Of a DNA stretch of 64,000 bases, positions 20,027-29,666 are shown piece after piece; the stretch's first letter is position 1, and the number at the start of each line of letters is the position of its first letter. The stretch is taken from NCBI GenBank assembly GCA_964577395.1, contig CAZNYQ010000013.1, forward strand, positions 6,409 through 70,408. Reading direction: 5' to 3'. The notes below the pieces were generated by a model, which ran no database searches, was not told the origin of the DNA, and saw only the letters and a list, made by a program, of their open reading frames with translations. The DNA comes from an uncultured Candidatus Saccharibacteria bacterium (GTDB lineage: Bacteria; Patescibacteriota; Minisyncoccia; JBAYJV01). The translations under genes and the position numbers were made by a program.

Positions 20027-20129
20027 TAACTTTTATCAATTTATCATCTTCAGTTGCAAAATTCAAGATTTAACTGTATTTAGAAAAATTTTTTGTTAAA
20101 ATAGAATAATAACTTTTAATTTTATACAT

Positions 20130-21095
20130 ATGTTTGATGTTATAACAATTGGTACTGCTACCCAAGATGTTTTTTTACAATCGAATCATTTCAAAATTAG
20201 GAAGGATCTTAATTTTCCTTCAGGTAAGTCAATAGCTTTTGAAGCAGGAGCTAAAACAGAAATTAAGAATTTAATCCTTGAAACAGGTGGAGGAGCTACT
20301 AATAGTGCTGTTACCTTTGCTAGGTTAGGATTAAGAACAGCAAGTTGTTTTAGAGTAGGGCATGATAAGAGAGGGCAAGATATTACTAAACAGCTTAAAA
20401 AAGAAGGTGTAAGCAAAAAATTTATCCAGAAAAGTGTAGATGAAGACACAAGCCTATCTATAGTTTTCCTGGCCATGGGAGGAGAAAGAAATATTTTTGT
20501 CTACAGGGGAGCCTTGCTTAAAGAAGATTTTCTTCATCTATCTAAATTAAAAACAAAGTGGTTTTATGTTTCATCTGTAGGAGGTAATATTAAATTACTT
20601 GAAAAAGTTGCTCAGTTTGCTAAGAGAAAAAATATTCATCTTGCTCTTAATCCAGGCAGCGAGGAACTTAATTTAGGAAGAAAGAAGTTATTAAAGATCT
20701 TTAATCAAACTGATATTCTAATTTTAAATAGAAATGAAGCATCAAAATTAATGAATATATCATATAATTTTCAGAAGACGATCTTTAGGAAAGCATGTGG
20801 CATTACACCTGGTATAGAAGTAATCACAGACGGAAAAGATGGTGCTTATGTAGCAGAAGAGAACAGAGGATATAGGATCGGTATTTATGACTGGCCTTTG
20901 ATTGACAGATTAGGGGCAGGGGATGCTTTTGGATCTGGATTTGTAGGTGGGTACATTAAATATGGCAGTATAGAAAAAGCTCTTCAGTACGCTGCTGCTA
21001 ATGCCTCTTCGGTAGTTGGGAAAATTGGTGCTAAAGAAGGTATTATTAAAGAATTTCCTGCAAAACCACTGCCTGTAAAGATAGTTACGTTTTAA
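20130..21095 (+). CDS. PfkB-family carbohydrate/nucleoside kinase (ribokinase-like)
   Basis: C-terminal GAGDAFGSGFVGGY anion-hole motif. 321 aa. Confidence 0.75.
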   Translation: MFDVITIGTATQDVFLQSNHFKIRKDLNFPSGKSIAFEAGAKTEIKNLILETGGGATNSAVTFARLGLRTASCFRVGHDKRGQDITKQLKKEGVSKKFIQKSVDEDTSLSIVFLAMGGERNIFVYRGALLKEDFLHLSKLKTKWFYVSSVGGNIKLLEKVAQFAKRKNIHLALNPGSEELNLGRKKLLKIFNQTDILILNRNEASKLMNISYNFQKTIFRKACGITPGIEVITDGKDGAYVAEENRGYRIGIYDWPLIDRLGAGDAFGSGFVGGYIKYGSIEKALQYAAANASSVVGKIGAKEGIIKEFPAKPLPVKIVTF

Positions 21096-21105
21096 TTGAG
21101 CGATT

Positions 21106-21141
21106 AAAAAAACTTTCTGCAAAGCTCACAGAAAGTTTTTT
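21106..21141. terminator. bidirectional intrinsic terminator between convergent genes
   Basis: aaaaaactttctg-caaagctca-cagaaagtttttt, a 9-bp stem with A- and T-tracts. Confidence 0.55.
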
Positions 21142-21149
21142 AATATATT

Positions 21150-21434
21150 TTATTGAATAAAGTCGATTTCTTTTTGAGACAGACAGTAATTTAGACAATG
21201 AGATTGTTGAGGAAAGTCTCTGTCTTCTTCAGTAAACTTAGTATCGTACCCCCATGGTCTATACTCCCAAAGTTCACTGTTTTTATTGTAATAACAAGCT
21301 CTATAACATTCTCGCGTAAAGTCTTTATGATAACTTAATTTAATAAGCACCATGGCTATTAAAGTACTTATTACAATAATAAGAACGCCGACTAAAATTC
21401 CTAAGAGAATTTTTTTATTACTCATTTTTAACAA
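21150..21434 (-). CDS. hypothetical small membrane-anchored Cys-rich protein
   Basis: 94 aa, N-terminal TM helix, 6 Cys in the C-terminal part. No recognisable motif. Confidence 0.35.
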   Translation of the reverse strand: MLKMSNKKILLGILVGVLIIVISTLIAMVLIKLSYHKDFTRECYRACYYNKNSELWEYRPWGYDTKFTEEDRDFPQQSHCLNYCLSQKEIDFIQ

Positions 21435-21455
21435 TTAATAAATGAGATTAAAAAC

Positions 21456-22436
21456 TTATTCACAAGTTGCGTCACTAGTAGTTTCTGTATTTTCTAGAAT
21501 TTCATTACAAGCTTCGGGAGCTTCCTTAAAAGCGCTACATAAAGCTTCTTGATAAGCAGCAGCAGATCGTTCTCCATCATAAATTATATCATTAATAACT
21601 AAAGTTGGGGAACCTGTTACAATAGCTTTTTCTTTATTATTATGTGATGCGGGATTTTGGACAAGATATTCTTTATTAGTAAGAGAAACTTCTTTTTCTA
21701 GGATGTCTAATGCTTCTTCTTCTTGGCATTGCTTAACTTGATCTATATCGAGATCTAATTCTTGAGCAACAGCTTCCCATTTTTCATCAGCATTTTCACT
21801 AGTTGTTTCTTCATTCATTTTAAGAACGAAATCCCATAATTTTTCAGGTTGATATTTTTGAACACAAAGTTCTCTAATACCTTGATTAACCTCCTGAATA
21901 CCATGCATAGAGCAATATTTGTTTTCCTCATCAAAACAATAATCAGGATATCCTGAGGCATAATTGTCGTAGAAAACATAATGAAGTTCAATATCGCTTT
22001 TTTCGCCCAAAAGACTAACAACTGGTGCCATAATATCCTCAGCTTGGTTTCCAAAAGGACAATAAGCCATAACGAACAAGTCAACAGAAGGTTTAACTTG
22101 TTTAGTAATTGCTTTTGGTTCCGGAGGAGTGAGATCTACTACCTGAGGGAAAAGATATTCTCCATCTAAAGTTGCATAGGATTCGTATTCTTGCCCCATA
22201 ACATCCAATGTTAATTTATATAAAGATCCTTCTTTAATGATTTCTTTAACGGAAACCTCATCAGAACTGCCAATATCTTTAGCTATAATATCGACAATTT
22301 TTTTACTGAGATCTTCTTTAGTAATAGTAGGAAAACCGCCTGCTTGGTAAAAATTTTGATAAATAATTACAGCCAACAGAGCTAAAATAATTCCTCCTAA
22401 ATAGAGAGCTAGTGAATTCTTATTTTTTTTAGCCAT
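21456..22436 (-). CDS. membrane-anchored DsbA-like thioredoxin-fold protein (degenerate active site)
   Basis: N-terminal TM helix. AYCPFGNQ sits where DsbA has CxxC, and C-terminal GSPTLVINDIIY resembles the DsbA GTPTfvvNG motif. The second Cys of the CxxC is absent. Confidence 0.45.
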   Translation of the reverse strand: MAKKNKNSLALYLGGIILALLAVIIYQNFYQAGGFPTITKEDLSKKIVDIIAKDIGSSDEVSVKEIIKEGSLYKLTLDVMGQEYESYATLDGEYLFPQVVDLTPPEPKAITKQVKPSVDLFVMAYCPFGNQAEDIMAPVVSLLGEKSDIELHYVFYDNYASGYPDYCFDEENKYCSMHGIQEVNQGIRELCVQKYQPEKLWDFVLKMNEETTSENADEKWEAVAQELDLDIDQVKQCQEEEALDILEKEVSLTNKEYLVQNPASHNNKEKAIVTGSPTLVINDIIYDGERSAAAYQEALCSAFKEAPEACNEILENTETTSDATCE

Positions 22437-22489
22437 AAGATTATATATAATTTACAATTAAGATTCCTCCCGCAATAATTATACGAGAG

Positions 22490-22574
22490 TGCCCAGGACA
22501 GGACTTGAACCTGCACGCTCATGAAGAGCCATGGCCCTCAACCATGCGCGTATACCAAATTCCGCCACCTGGGC
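22490..22574 (-). tRNA. tRNA-Leu (anticodon GAG), long variable arm
   Basis: Acceptor GCCCAGG/CCTGGGC, anticodon stem CATGG/CCATG with loop TTGAGGG, variable-arm stem GCTC/GAGC, T-arm CAGG-TTCAAGT-CCTG. Confidence 0.85.
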
Positions 22575-22578
22575 ATTT

Positions 22579-22968
22579 TTATTTCTTTTTTTTAGAATTT
22601 TTTTTATTGTTAATTTGCGTGAATTTTAACTTACGTTGAATTTCTCTATCTGTTTTATGACGTACCCAATATATCTTTGATTTCGATATCTTAGTAGCTC
22701 TTTTTAGAACTTCTATCTTCTTGATAGTGGGGGAGTGCAAGGAAAAGATTTTTTCTGTTCCGATACCAGCTATCTTAGTTCTTACTGTAAAAGTAGCGCC
22801 AATTTCTGAGCCATGCTTTTTGGCAATTACTAAACCTTCAAAAGGCTGAATACGTTTTTTTCCGCCTTCTTCAATTTCTTGGTGAACTTTTACAATATCA
22901 CCGACTCTGAAATCAGTTAAATCTGACTTTTTATATTTTTCTAAAAATTGTATTATATCTTTTGACAT
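22579..22968 (-). CDS. rplS: 50S ribosomal protein L19 (with Lys-rich C-terminal tail)
   Basis: DFRVGDIVKVHQEIEEGGKKRIQPFEGLVIAKKHGS and the L19 signature region. Confidence 0.9.
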   Translation of the reverse strand: MSKDIIQFLEKYKKSDLTDFRVGDIVKVHQEIEEGGKKRIQPFEGLVIAKKHGSEIGATFTVRTKIAGIGTEKIFSLHSPTIKKIEVLKRATKISKSKIYWVRHKTDREIQRKLKFTQINNKKNSKKKK

Positions 22969-23678
22969 TTTCTTAATTTGGATAAAAAGTTTTTTAAATC
23001 TTGAGGGAGAGGAGAATAAAATTCATAATAACGGTTCTTGAACTTAAATGCAAGTTTTTCTGCATGAAGGAATGTCCTTGTAAGGTTAGTTTCTTGTTTT
23101 GACTTGATCTTGTAAATCGGATCTCCTACTAGGGGGTAGTTAATAGAAAAGAATTGTGATCTAATTTGATGAGTTCTGCCTGTCTTGATTTGCACCTCAA
23201 GTAATGTGTAGTCATATTCTTTTATATCTTTATATCTTTGTACAACCTTATAATATGTTTTAGCTTCTTTAGTTTTAACGCTGTTCTTAGGTCTTGGCAG
23301 AGTAATTCTTTTACGAGGATCTTTATTAGATCTAGCTATATATGTTTTAAAGCTACCCTTGTCCTGCTTAATTCTTCCAAAGACAAGTGCTTTATATATC
23401 TTTTTAATTTTTCTTTTTTTAAAAAGTTCTTTAAATTTTATAAAAGCAACTTGTTTTTTAACAATAATCAACAATCCTGACGTATCTCTATCGAGTCTAT
23501 GGACTATTCCTGGCCTTAAAGTATTTTCTCCAACATCCTTAATAAATGGATATCTTTTCAATAATTCATCAATTAAACTAATTTCTTTTTTGTTTGTATT
23601 GCTTGGATGAACTAAGATTTTTGCAGGCTTGTTTAATATAACAAAATCTTCGTTTTCAAAGATAATATCGAGGAGCAT
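22953..23678 (-). CDS. RluA-family pseudouridine synthase
   Basis: Catalytic HRLDRDTSGLLIIVK motif. Confidence 0.85.
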   Translation of the reverse strand: MLLDIIFENEDFVILNKPAKILVHPSNTNKKEISLIDELLKRYPFIKDVGENTLRPGIVHRLDRDTSGLLIIVKKQVAFIKFKELFKKRKIKKIYKALVFGRIKQDKGSFKTYIARSNKDPRKRITLPRPKNSVKTKEAKTYYKVVQRYKDIKEYDYTLLEVQIKTGRTHQIRSQFFSINYPLVGDPIYKIKSKQETNLTRTFLHAEKLAFKFKNRYYEFYSPLPQDLKNFLSKLRKCQKI

Positions 23679-23785
23679 GACAACTTTGAGTTAAATTTTA
23701 ACTTTTTCTAAGTGAAGACAGCTAAATTTAAACTAGAAACTTTAATTTATATTTAATTTTTTTGAAACTTATAAACCAAGATCTT

Positions 23786-23860
23786 TGGGCATACCTGGAC
23801 TTGAACCAGGGACCTCGACTTTATAAGAGTCGCGCTCTGACCAACTGAGCTATATGCCCC
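23786..23860 (-). tRNA. tRNA, Ile-like body with anticodon UAU (tRNA-Ile(UAU) candidate)
   Basis: Reverse complement GGGGCATATAGCTCAGTTGGTCAGAGCGCGACTCTTATAAAGTCGAGGTCCCTGGTTCAAGTCCAGGTATGCCCA. Anticodon stem CGACT/AGTCG, loop CTTATAA, anticodon TAT. The body resembles tRNA-Ile. Confidence 0.7.
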
Positions 23861-23931
23861 TAGTAAAAATAATACTAATAATCAGTTAACTTGAATTATG
23901 TAATTTTTTAAAACGAATAATCTAAACAATA

Positions 23932-24005
23932 TGGGCTCGACAGGACTTGAACCTGTGACCTTCTCAATGTCACTGAGACGCTCTAGCCGACTGAGCTACG
24001 AGCCC
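23932..24005 (-). tRNA. tRNA-Val (anticodon GAC)
   Basis: Acceptor GGGCTCG/CGAGCCC, anticodon stem TCTCA/TGAGA with loop GTGACAT, canonical T-arm. Confidence 0.85.
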
Positions 24006-24012
24006 ATAATTA

Positions 24013-24086
24013 TGCCCCTGGCACGATTTGAACGTGCAACCTAAGCGTTAGGAGTGCTTCGCTCTATCCATTTGAGCTACAGGGGC
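24013..24086 (-). tRNA. tRNA-Arg (anticodon CCU)
   Basis: Acceptor GCCCCTG/CAGGGGC, anticodon loop CTCCTAA. The 5' 26 nt are identical to the tRNA-Arg(UCU) at 28108. Confidence 0.8.
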
Positions 24087-24111
24087 TTTACGAGATAAGT
24101 TTATTGACTTG

Positions 24112-24750
24112 CTAAGGCTTTAATAAGATTAGCTCTGTTTTTTCTTCATTTTTCTTTGTAGTAGTTTTTTTAAATTTGAACTTACTATGAATCTCATTAT
24201 TCTCCTTTTGCCCCATTTCTTTTATAAAATTCTGAGCATTATTTAGTTGAAAGGAATATTGTTTATTGACTTGATAGAACATTGGTATAACTATCTTTGG
24301 TTCTATTTGATGAACTAATTCGACTGCATTATCAGCAGAGAGAACAACATTACCGCCGATGGGAACTATTAGAATATCAGGGCTATTAAGATCTTCTAAT
24401 ATTTTTTCAACAGATGCTTTTTGTTTTACCATACCGAGATGGACTATTTTATAACCATCCCAGTCTAGTGAAAATATATTATTTCTTTTTCGCTCAGGTC
24501 CAATCGAAGAAATTATCTTAACAATAATATTACTTGCCTCATATTCACCTGGATATTGGAAACTATATAAGCTTTTGTCTAAAGTTTTTGAGTCATATTT
24601 TAAAAACGATGAACTTAGAAGACAAATATTTGCTTCAGATATATTTGTACTTTTAATACCGTATTCTTTTGATGATAAAGGGTCAATTATAACAGTTTTT
24701 TTATTATGTTTGAGAATAAAATAAGATAACCCTCGCCATTTAATAGTCAT
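24112..24750 (-). CDS. putative metal-dependent hydrolase of the metallo-beta-lactamase fold (UPF0173-like)
   Basis: IKWRGLSYFILKHNKKTVIIDP and DILIVPIGGNVVLSADNA...KIVIPMFY resemble the UPF0173 / MBL-fold pattern. Confidence 0.5.
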   Translation of the reverse strand: MTIKWRGLSYFILKHNKKTVIIDPLSSKEYGIKSTNISEANICLLSSSFLKYDSKTLDKSLYSFQYPGEYEASNIIVKIISSIGPERKRNNIFSLDWDGYKIVHLGMVKQKASVEKILEDLNSPDILIVPIGGNVVLSADNAVELVHQIEPKIVIPMFYQVNKQYSFQLNNAQNFIKEMGQKENNEIHSKFKFKKTTTKKNEEKTELILLKP

Positions 24751-24880
24751 GATATAAAATATTTTACAACGAAAAGACCTCTTTTCTGAAAGAAAAGATT
24801 TCTATTTATTATATTGTAATTATTTTAAAAAGCAAGGACTGTGATTCATTTTGAGAAATTTGATAAAAAACATCCGAAAA

Positions 24881-24908
24881 CTTGAAAAACATAAATTTTT
24901 CATTATAA
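24881..24908 (+). promoter_or_regulatory. sigma-70-like promoter upstream of rpsA
   Basis: TTGAAA, 16-nt spacer, TATAAT. It lies ~80 nt before the rpsA start. Confidence 0.4.
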
Positions 24909-24989
24909 TGAAAAAACTATGTAATCATACTTATAAAATGTATATTATAATTATGGCGACATAGTTATTGAAAGGAGATATTTCTTTGC

Positions 24990-26204
24990 ATGAATAATAA
25001 AAAAATAAAAGCTTCTACAAAAAAGAAAATAACTGATCAGCCAAATCAAGAAAATTTTTCTTTTATTAAGAAGGGTGAAATTGTTGAAGCAAGAGTTGTG
25101 AGCAAGGGGCGTAAAATTATTTATTTTGATCTTGGTCCTTATGGTTTAGGTATTTGTTATAAAAGCGAATTCTTTGATTTACCGCAAGACATGAAAGAAA
25201 TTCAAGAAGATAAACCTTCTTTGACTAAAGTTCTTAATCCGGAAAATCGCGATGGGTACGTTGAATTATCCTTAAGAAGAGCAGCAGAGGAAAAAAGTTG
25301 GGATTATATTCAGCATAAGATGGAGAGTGGTGAAGATATTACAGTAAGAGTCACAGGAGCTAATAGAGGTGGTTTACTAACTAGAGTAAGAAGTATTGAT
25401 GCATTTCTGCCAGCTTCTCAACTTTCTAAAGGTAATTATCCTGATTTTGGAGGAGATAAAGACAAAATCCTTAAAGAATTAAAGAATTTTATAGGTAAAG
25501 ATTTAAAAGTTAGAATTGTTGATATAGAAAAAGATGAAAAAAAACTTATTTTATCAGAAAGAGCAGACGAGATTGAAGAAATAAAAGAAAAGGTTCAAAA
25601 ATATGAAGTTGGAGATACTATTGAAGGTAAAATTTGTGGTATAGTTGATTATGGAGCATTTGTAGAATTTGGTAAGGGACTTGAAGGACTAGTTCATATT
25701 TCAGAAATTGATTGGCAATTAATTGATGATCCCCGCGATTATCTTAGTGTGGGAGACAAGATTAAAGCTAAAATTATTCGTCTTAAAGGCGATCAAGTTT
25801 CTTTGTCTGTTAAAGCCCTTAAGCGTGATCCCTGGCTTGACGTAAAAAAGAAATATAAAAGAGGTGATATCGTTAAAGCAGTAGTTGCAAAGATGAGTCC
25901 TCATGGAGTTTTTGTAAAATTAGACGAAAAAATTCAAGGATTAGTTCCAATTTCTAAAGTTCCCAGAAAAGGAAACACGCCTCTATTCGAAGAAGGTAAG
26001 GCATATAAATTTAAGATTTTTTCTTTGAATGTTTTAAGACATCGTATGGCTCTTGTACCAGCAAGAAATGAAGAAGTTAAGCCAGAGAAAAAGCAATCAA
26101 AGAATACTCATTCTGAAAAGAACACAACAAAAGTTCAAAAAGATAACAAGGCTATAAAAAAAACAGGCAAAAACTTAAAGAAAAACGGTTCTAAAGAAAA
26201 ATAG
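24990..26204 (+). CDS. rpsA: 30S ribosomal protein S1-like (four S1 domains, Lys-rich C-terminal tail)
   Basis: Repeated S1 OB-fold segments, for example GDTIEGKICGIVDYGAFVEFGKGLEGLVHISEI. Confidence 0.75.
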   Translation: MNNKKIKASTKKKITDQPNQENFSFIKKGEIVEARVVSKGRKIIYFDLGPYGLGICYKSEFFDLPQDMKEIQEDKPSLTKVLNPENRDGYVELSLRRAAEEKSWDYIQHKMESGEDITVRVTGANRGGLLTRVRSIDAFLPASQLSKGNYPDFGGDKDKILKELKNFIGKDLKVRIVDIEKDEKKLILSERADEIEEIKEKVQKYEVGDTIEGKICGIVDYGAFVEFGKGLEGLVHISEIDWQLIDDPRDYLSVGDKIKAKIIRLKGDQVSLSVKALKRDPWLDVKKKYKRGDIVKAVVAKMSPHGVFVKLDEKIQGLVPISKVPRKGNTPLFEEGKAYKFKIFSLNVLRHRMALVPARNEEVKPEKKQSKNTHSEKNTTKVQKDNKAIKKTGKNLKKNGSKEK

Positions 26205-26241
26205 AAAACTGCTTAAGAAATAATTAACAATATATATTATT

Positions 26242-28101
26242 ATGAAAATTTGGCTAAAAAATTTTTTATTTATTTTATTTGCCTTAATTTTAATTTCAAG
26301 CTTATTTAGTTTATCTGAGCAAGATTACTTTAAAGAAATTGAAAAAGTTTCTCTTACTACCGTTGTTGAACAAATTAAGCAAGATCAAATAGAAAAAATT
26401 AATATCCAAGGCAATAAACTTGAAATAGAACTTACTGATGGAACACAAGAAGAAGCTAGCAAAGAAACAAACACTTCCCTTACTAATACTTTAAAGAATT
26501 TTGGTGTTTCAGAAAAAGATTTACAGGGCGTTGATATAACCGAGGAACAACCGAGCGATTTGTTAGTTTTTATGACCAATGTTCTGCCTATCTTATTGCC
26601 AATTCTCTTAATAGGATTTTTTATTTGGTTTATGCTGAAGCAAGCCAAAAGAGGGCAGTCACAGGTATTTACTTTTGGAAGCTCAAAAGCTAGATTATTT
26701 CATGGTCGTAAAGACAAAAAAGATGTGAGTTTTGATGAGGTTGGAGGATTGAAAGAAGTAAAAACAGAGTTAAATGAATTAGTAGATTTTCTAAAAAAGC
26801 CGAAGAAATTTTTGAAAATGGGGGCCAAAATACCTCGTGGTGTTCTTCTAGTAGGTCCGCCGGGTAGTGGAAAAACTTTAGTAGCACGAGCGGTTGCCAA
26901 TGAAGCAGGCGTGCCTTTCTTTACTATCTCGGGCTCTGAATTTGTCGAAATGTTTGTTGGAGTGGGAGCAGCTCGAGTAAGAGATACCTTTAAAATTGCT
27001 AAAAAACAGTCTCCTGCCATTCTTTTTATAGATGAATTGGATGCTATCGGAAGACATCGAGGAGCTGGCCTGGGAGGTGGTCATGATGAGAGAGAACAAA
27101 CATTGAATCAAATTTTAGTTGAAATGGATGGTTTTGACAAACAGACAAATGTTATTGTAATGGCTGCTACTAATCGACCTGATATTTTAGACCCGGCTCT
27201 TTTAAGACCGGGACGTTTTGACAGGAGAATAGTATTAGAAAATCCTGATATTCAAAGTAGGGAAAAAATATTGTCAATTCATGCAAAGGATAAGCCTCTT
27301 GCAAAGGGCGTTCAGCTGAAAATAGTAGCAGAAAGAACACCTGGTTTTTCAGGCGCTGACTTAGAAAATCTTTTAAATGAAGCTGCTATTTTAGCTGCGC
27401 GTAATAATAAGAAGACCATTAATCAGAATGATCTATTTGATTCTATTGAAAAAGTATTACTGGGTCCTGCGAGAGAAAGTAGAATTTTATCTAAAAAAGA
27501 GAAAAAAATATCTGCTTACCATGAAGCAGGACATGCTTTAGTGGCCGCTAAATTACCTAACACCGACCCAATTCATAAAATATCCATTGTTTCTCGAGGT
27601 ATGGCGGGAGGATACACCCTAAAACTTCCCACAGAAGATAAAAATTTTCACGCTAAATCTGAATTTATTTCAGACCTCTCAGTTCTCTTAGGTGGGTATA
27701 CGGCTGAAAAATTGATTTTTAAAGAAGTTACTACCGGTGCTTCAAGTGATTTACAGCGAGCAACTGATCTAGCAAGAAGCTTAATCACTAGATATGGTAT
27801 GAGTGAGAGCTTAGGACCAGTTACTTTTGGAAAAAGACAAGAGCTTGTTTTTCTTGGGAAAGAAATTCATGAAGATCGTAACTATTCTGAAGAAATAGCT
27901 GCTAAAATTGATGAAGAAATAAGTAATTTTATTCAAGAAGCATATAATAAGGCAGAAAAAGTTTTAAAGAATAACAAAAAGCTTTTAGAAAAAATCGCTC
28001 AACGACTTATTAAAAAAGAAAGCATTGAAAGAGAAGAATTTGAAGAGCTCATTGGTCGTAAGAAAAAGATAATTAGCAGGAAGGCTAAGGGCAAGAAGTA
28101 A
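26242..28101 (+). CDS. ftsH: ATP-dependent zinc metalloprotease FtsH
   Basis: N-terminal TM helices, Walker A GPPGSGKT, Walker B ILFIDELD, second region of homology, zinc motif HEAGHAL. Confidence 0.9.
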   Translation: MKIWLKNFLFILFALILISSLFSLSEQDYFKEIEKVSLTTVVEQIKQDQIEKINIQGNKLEIELTDGTQEEASKETNTSLTNTLKNFGVSEKDLQGVDITEEQPSDLLVFMTNVLPILLPILLIGFFIWFMLKQAKRGQSQVFTFGSSKARLFHGRKDKKDVSFDEVGGLKEVKTELNELVDFLKKPKKFLKMGAKIPRGVLLVGPPGSGKTLVARAVANEAGVPFFTISGSEFVEMFVGVGAARVRDTFKIAKKQSPAILFIDELDAIGRHRGAGLGGGHDEREQTLNQILVEMDGFDKQTNVIVMAATNRPDILDPALLRPGRFDRRIVLENPDIQSREKILSIHAKDKPLAKGVQLKIVAERTPGFSGADLENLLNEAAILAARNNKKTINQNDLFDSIEKVLLGPARESRILSKKEKKISAYHEAGHALVAAKLPNTDPIHKISIVSRGMAGGYTLKLPTEDKNFHAKSEFISDLSVLLGGYTAEKLIFKEVTTGASSDLQRATDLARSLITRYGMSESLGPVTFGKRQELVFLGKEIHEDRNYSEEIAAKIDEEISNFIQEAYNKAEKVLKNNKKLLEKIAQRLIKKESIEREEFEELIGRKKKIISRKAKGKK

Positions 28102-28107
28102 TATATT

Positions 28108-28181
28108 GCCCCTGTAGCTCAAATGGATAGAGCAACTCCCTTCTAAGGAGTAGGTTGCACGTTCGAGTCGTGCCAGGGGCG
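28108..28181 (+). tRNA. tRNA-Arg (anticodon UCU)
   Basis: GCCCCTGTAGCTCAAATGGATAGAGC...; anticodon stem ACTCC/GGAGT, loop CTTCTAA. Confidence 0.85.
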
Positions 28182-28189
28182 TTTCAAAA

Positions 28190-28262
28190 GGGTGCGTAGC
28201 TCAATCGGTAGAGCAGGGGCCTCTTAAGCCCAAGGTTGGGGGTTCGATTCCCTTCGCACCCA
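28190..28262 (+). tRNA. tRNA-Lys (anticodon CUU)
   Basis: GGGTGCGTAGCTCAATCGGTAGAGC...; anticodon loop CTCTTAA; T-arm GGGGG-TTCGATT-CCCTT. Confidence 0.85.
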
Positions 28263-28288
28263 TAGAATATATAGTATATATGTATCAA

Positions 28289-28321
28289 AAAAGATTTATG
28301 GATAACATAAATCTTTTTTAT
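28289..28321. terminator. bidirectional hairpin terminator between the tRNA pair (+) and the xer-like recombinase (-)
   Basis: aaaaaagatttat-ggataac-ataaatctttttt. Confidence 0.5.
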
Positions 28322-28329
28322 TAAAAAAA

Positions 28330-29274
28330 TTATTTCTTTTTATGATGATATTGTTCGTGAATTTTTTTTAGATTTTGATCAGTAATGTGAGTATAAATTT
28401 GAGTAGTAGATACATTAGCGTGTCCTAAAAGAGCCTGAACAGAGCGGAGGTCAGCACCTCCCGCTAAAAGATCTGTTGCGAACGAGTGTCTTAATGTATG
28501 TGGAGTAATTTTTTTAGTAATGCCAGCAGCTGTTGACCATTTTCTAACGATTCTTTGGATCGATCTCGGAGTAAGTCGGAGGTTATCGCTACCTCCTATT
28601 TTTTTAATTCTAACGAATAATGCCAAGTCAACATCTTTGCGTTTATTAAGATATGTTTTTAAGGCAGCCTTAGCATTATCTGATAAAAATACTACCCTTA
28701 CTTTTCCGCCCTTGCCTTTAATGCTTAATTCGCAAGTTTCAAAGTTAATTTTCTCTCTATCTAATTTACATAATTCAGATACTCGCAAGCCTGTGCTAAA
28801 AAGCATTTCTAAAATTGCTTTGTCCCTTAAACAGCTTAAATCAGTTTTTTTGCTCTTAAGAGGTGCTTTTAATAATCTTTCGATCTCTTGACTATTAAGT
28901 ATCTCAATTTCTTTCTCTGTTTTTTTAGCAAGTTCAATTTTATCTGGTGATAGACTTTTAATATCTTGTTTAATTAAATAGCGCAGAAAGTTTCTTAGTG
29001 CAATTAAATGATAATTTTGGGTAACACGCTTTAAAGTATTATTATTTAGACGATTAAGATAGAGACGATATTGCCTAATAAGTTCTTGGTCTATTTCTTG
29101 AGGATTTTTAATATTTGCCCAGGTTAAAAAACGTTCTAAATAACGCTTATAATTCTCAAGAGTTTTTTTGCTAGCTCCTTTTTCAATTTCTAAATATTCA
29201 AAATATCTCTGCGCTATATTTCTAATGGGGGGTTTGGTATTTTGTTGATTCATAATAATTTTATTATACGACAT
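28330..29274 (-). CDS. tyrosine site-specific recombinase XerC/XerD-like
   Basis: C-terminal catalytic region HTLRHSFATDLLAGGADLRSVQALLGHANVSTTQIYTHI and an N-terminal SAM-like domain. 314 aa. Confidence 0.85.
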   Translation of the reverse strand: MSYNKIIMNQQNTKPPIRNIAQRYFEYLEIEKGASKKTLENYKRYLERFLTWANIKNPQEIDQELIRQYRLYLNRLNNNTLKRVTQNYHLIALRNFLRYLIKQDIKSLSPDKIELAKKTEKEIEILNSQEIERLLKAPLKSKKTDLSCLRDKAILEMLFSTGLRVSELCKLDREKINFETCELSIKGKGGKVRVVFLSDNAKAALKTYLNKRKDVDLALFVRIKKIGGSDNLRLTPRSIQRIVRKWSTAAGITKKITPHTLRHSFATDLLAGGADLRSVQALLGHANVSTTQIYTHITDQNLKKIHEQYHHKKK

Positions 29275-29377
29275 AATTTTTTAGTAGACAATAGTTTCTC
29301 TTGTTTTTTAAATAAAATGTGCTATCCTAATGTGTACAGGAATTTTATTCCTTATGTTTAATGTTTATTTAAAGATT

Positions 29378-29644
29378 ATGTTAACTTCAAATAAAAAGAT
29401 CAAACTTATTGAGAAATTTCAAGATCATAAAAAAGATACTGGATCTTCTCAAGTTCAGGTGGCTCTTCTAACTGAGAAAATTAAAGAGCTAACCCAACAT
29501 CTTAGGAAGCATCCTAAAGATAATCATTCTAGGAGAGGACTTTTAAAAATTGTAGCGAAGCGTAAAAAATTATTAGATTATCTTAAATATCATTCAGAGA
29601 AAGAGTATAAAAAAGTATCAGAAAACCTAGGTCTCAAAAAATAA
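29378..29644 (+). CDS. rpsO: 30S ribosomal protein S15
   Basis: GSSQVQVALLTEKIKELTQHLRKHPKDNHSRRGLLKIVAKRKKLLDYLK. The ORF track starts at 29330, but the in-frame ATG at 29378 gives the canonical ~88-aa S15. Confidence 0.85.
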   Translation: MLTSNKKIKLIEKFQDHKKDTGSSQVQVALLTEKIKELTQHLRKHPKDNHSRRGLLKIVAKRKKLLDYLKYHSEKEYKKVSENLGLKK

Positions 29645-29666
29645 TTTTTTAATATTTTTTTTAATA

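Noticed and set aside
21456-22436. Calling this protein a canonical DsbA thiol-disulfide oxidoreductase
   Set aside because: The expected CxxC is CPFG (the second Cys is missing). I kept only a 'DsbA-like thioredoxin fold, degenerate site' label.
28108-29274. Integrated mobile element at the tRNA-Arg/tRNA-Lys pair next to the tyrosine recombinase
   Set aside because: The recombinase has XerC/D-like features (SAM-like N-domain, C-terminal HxxR...H...Y spacing). It is immediately followed by core genes rpsO-pnp with native composition, and there are no direct repeats of the tRNA 3' ends.
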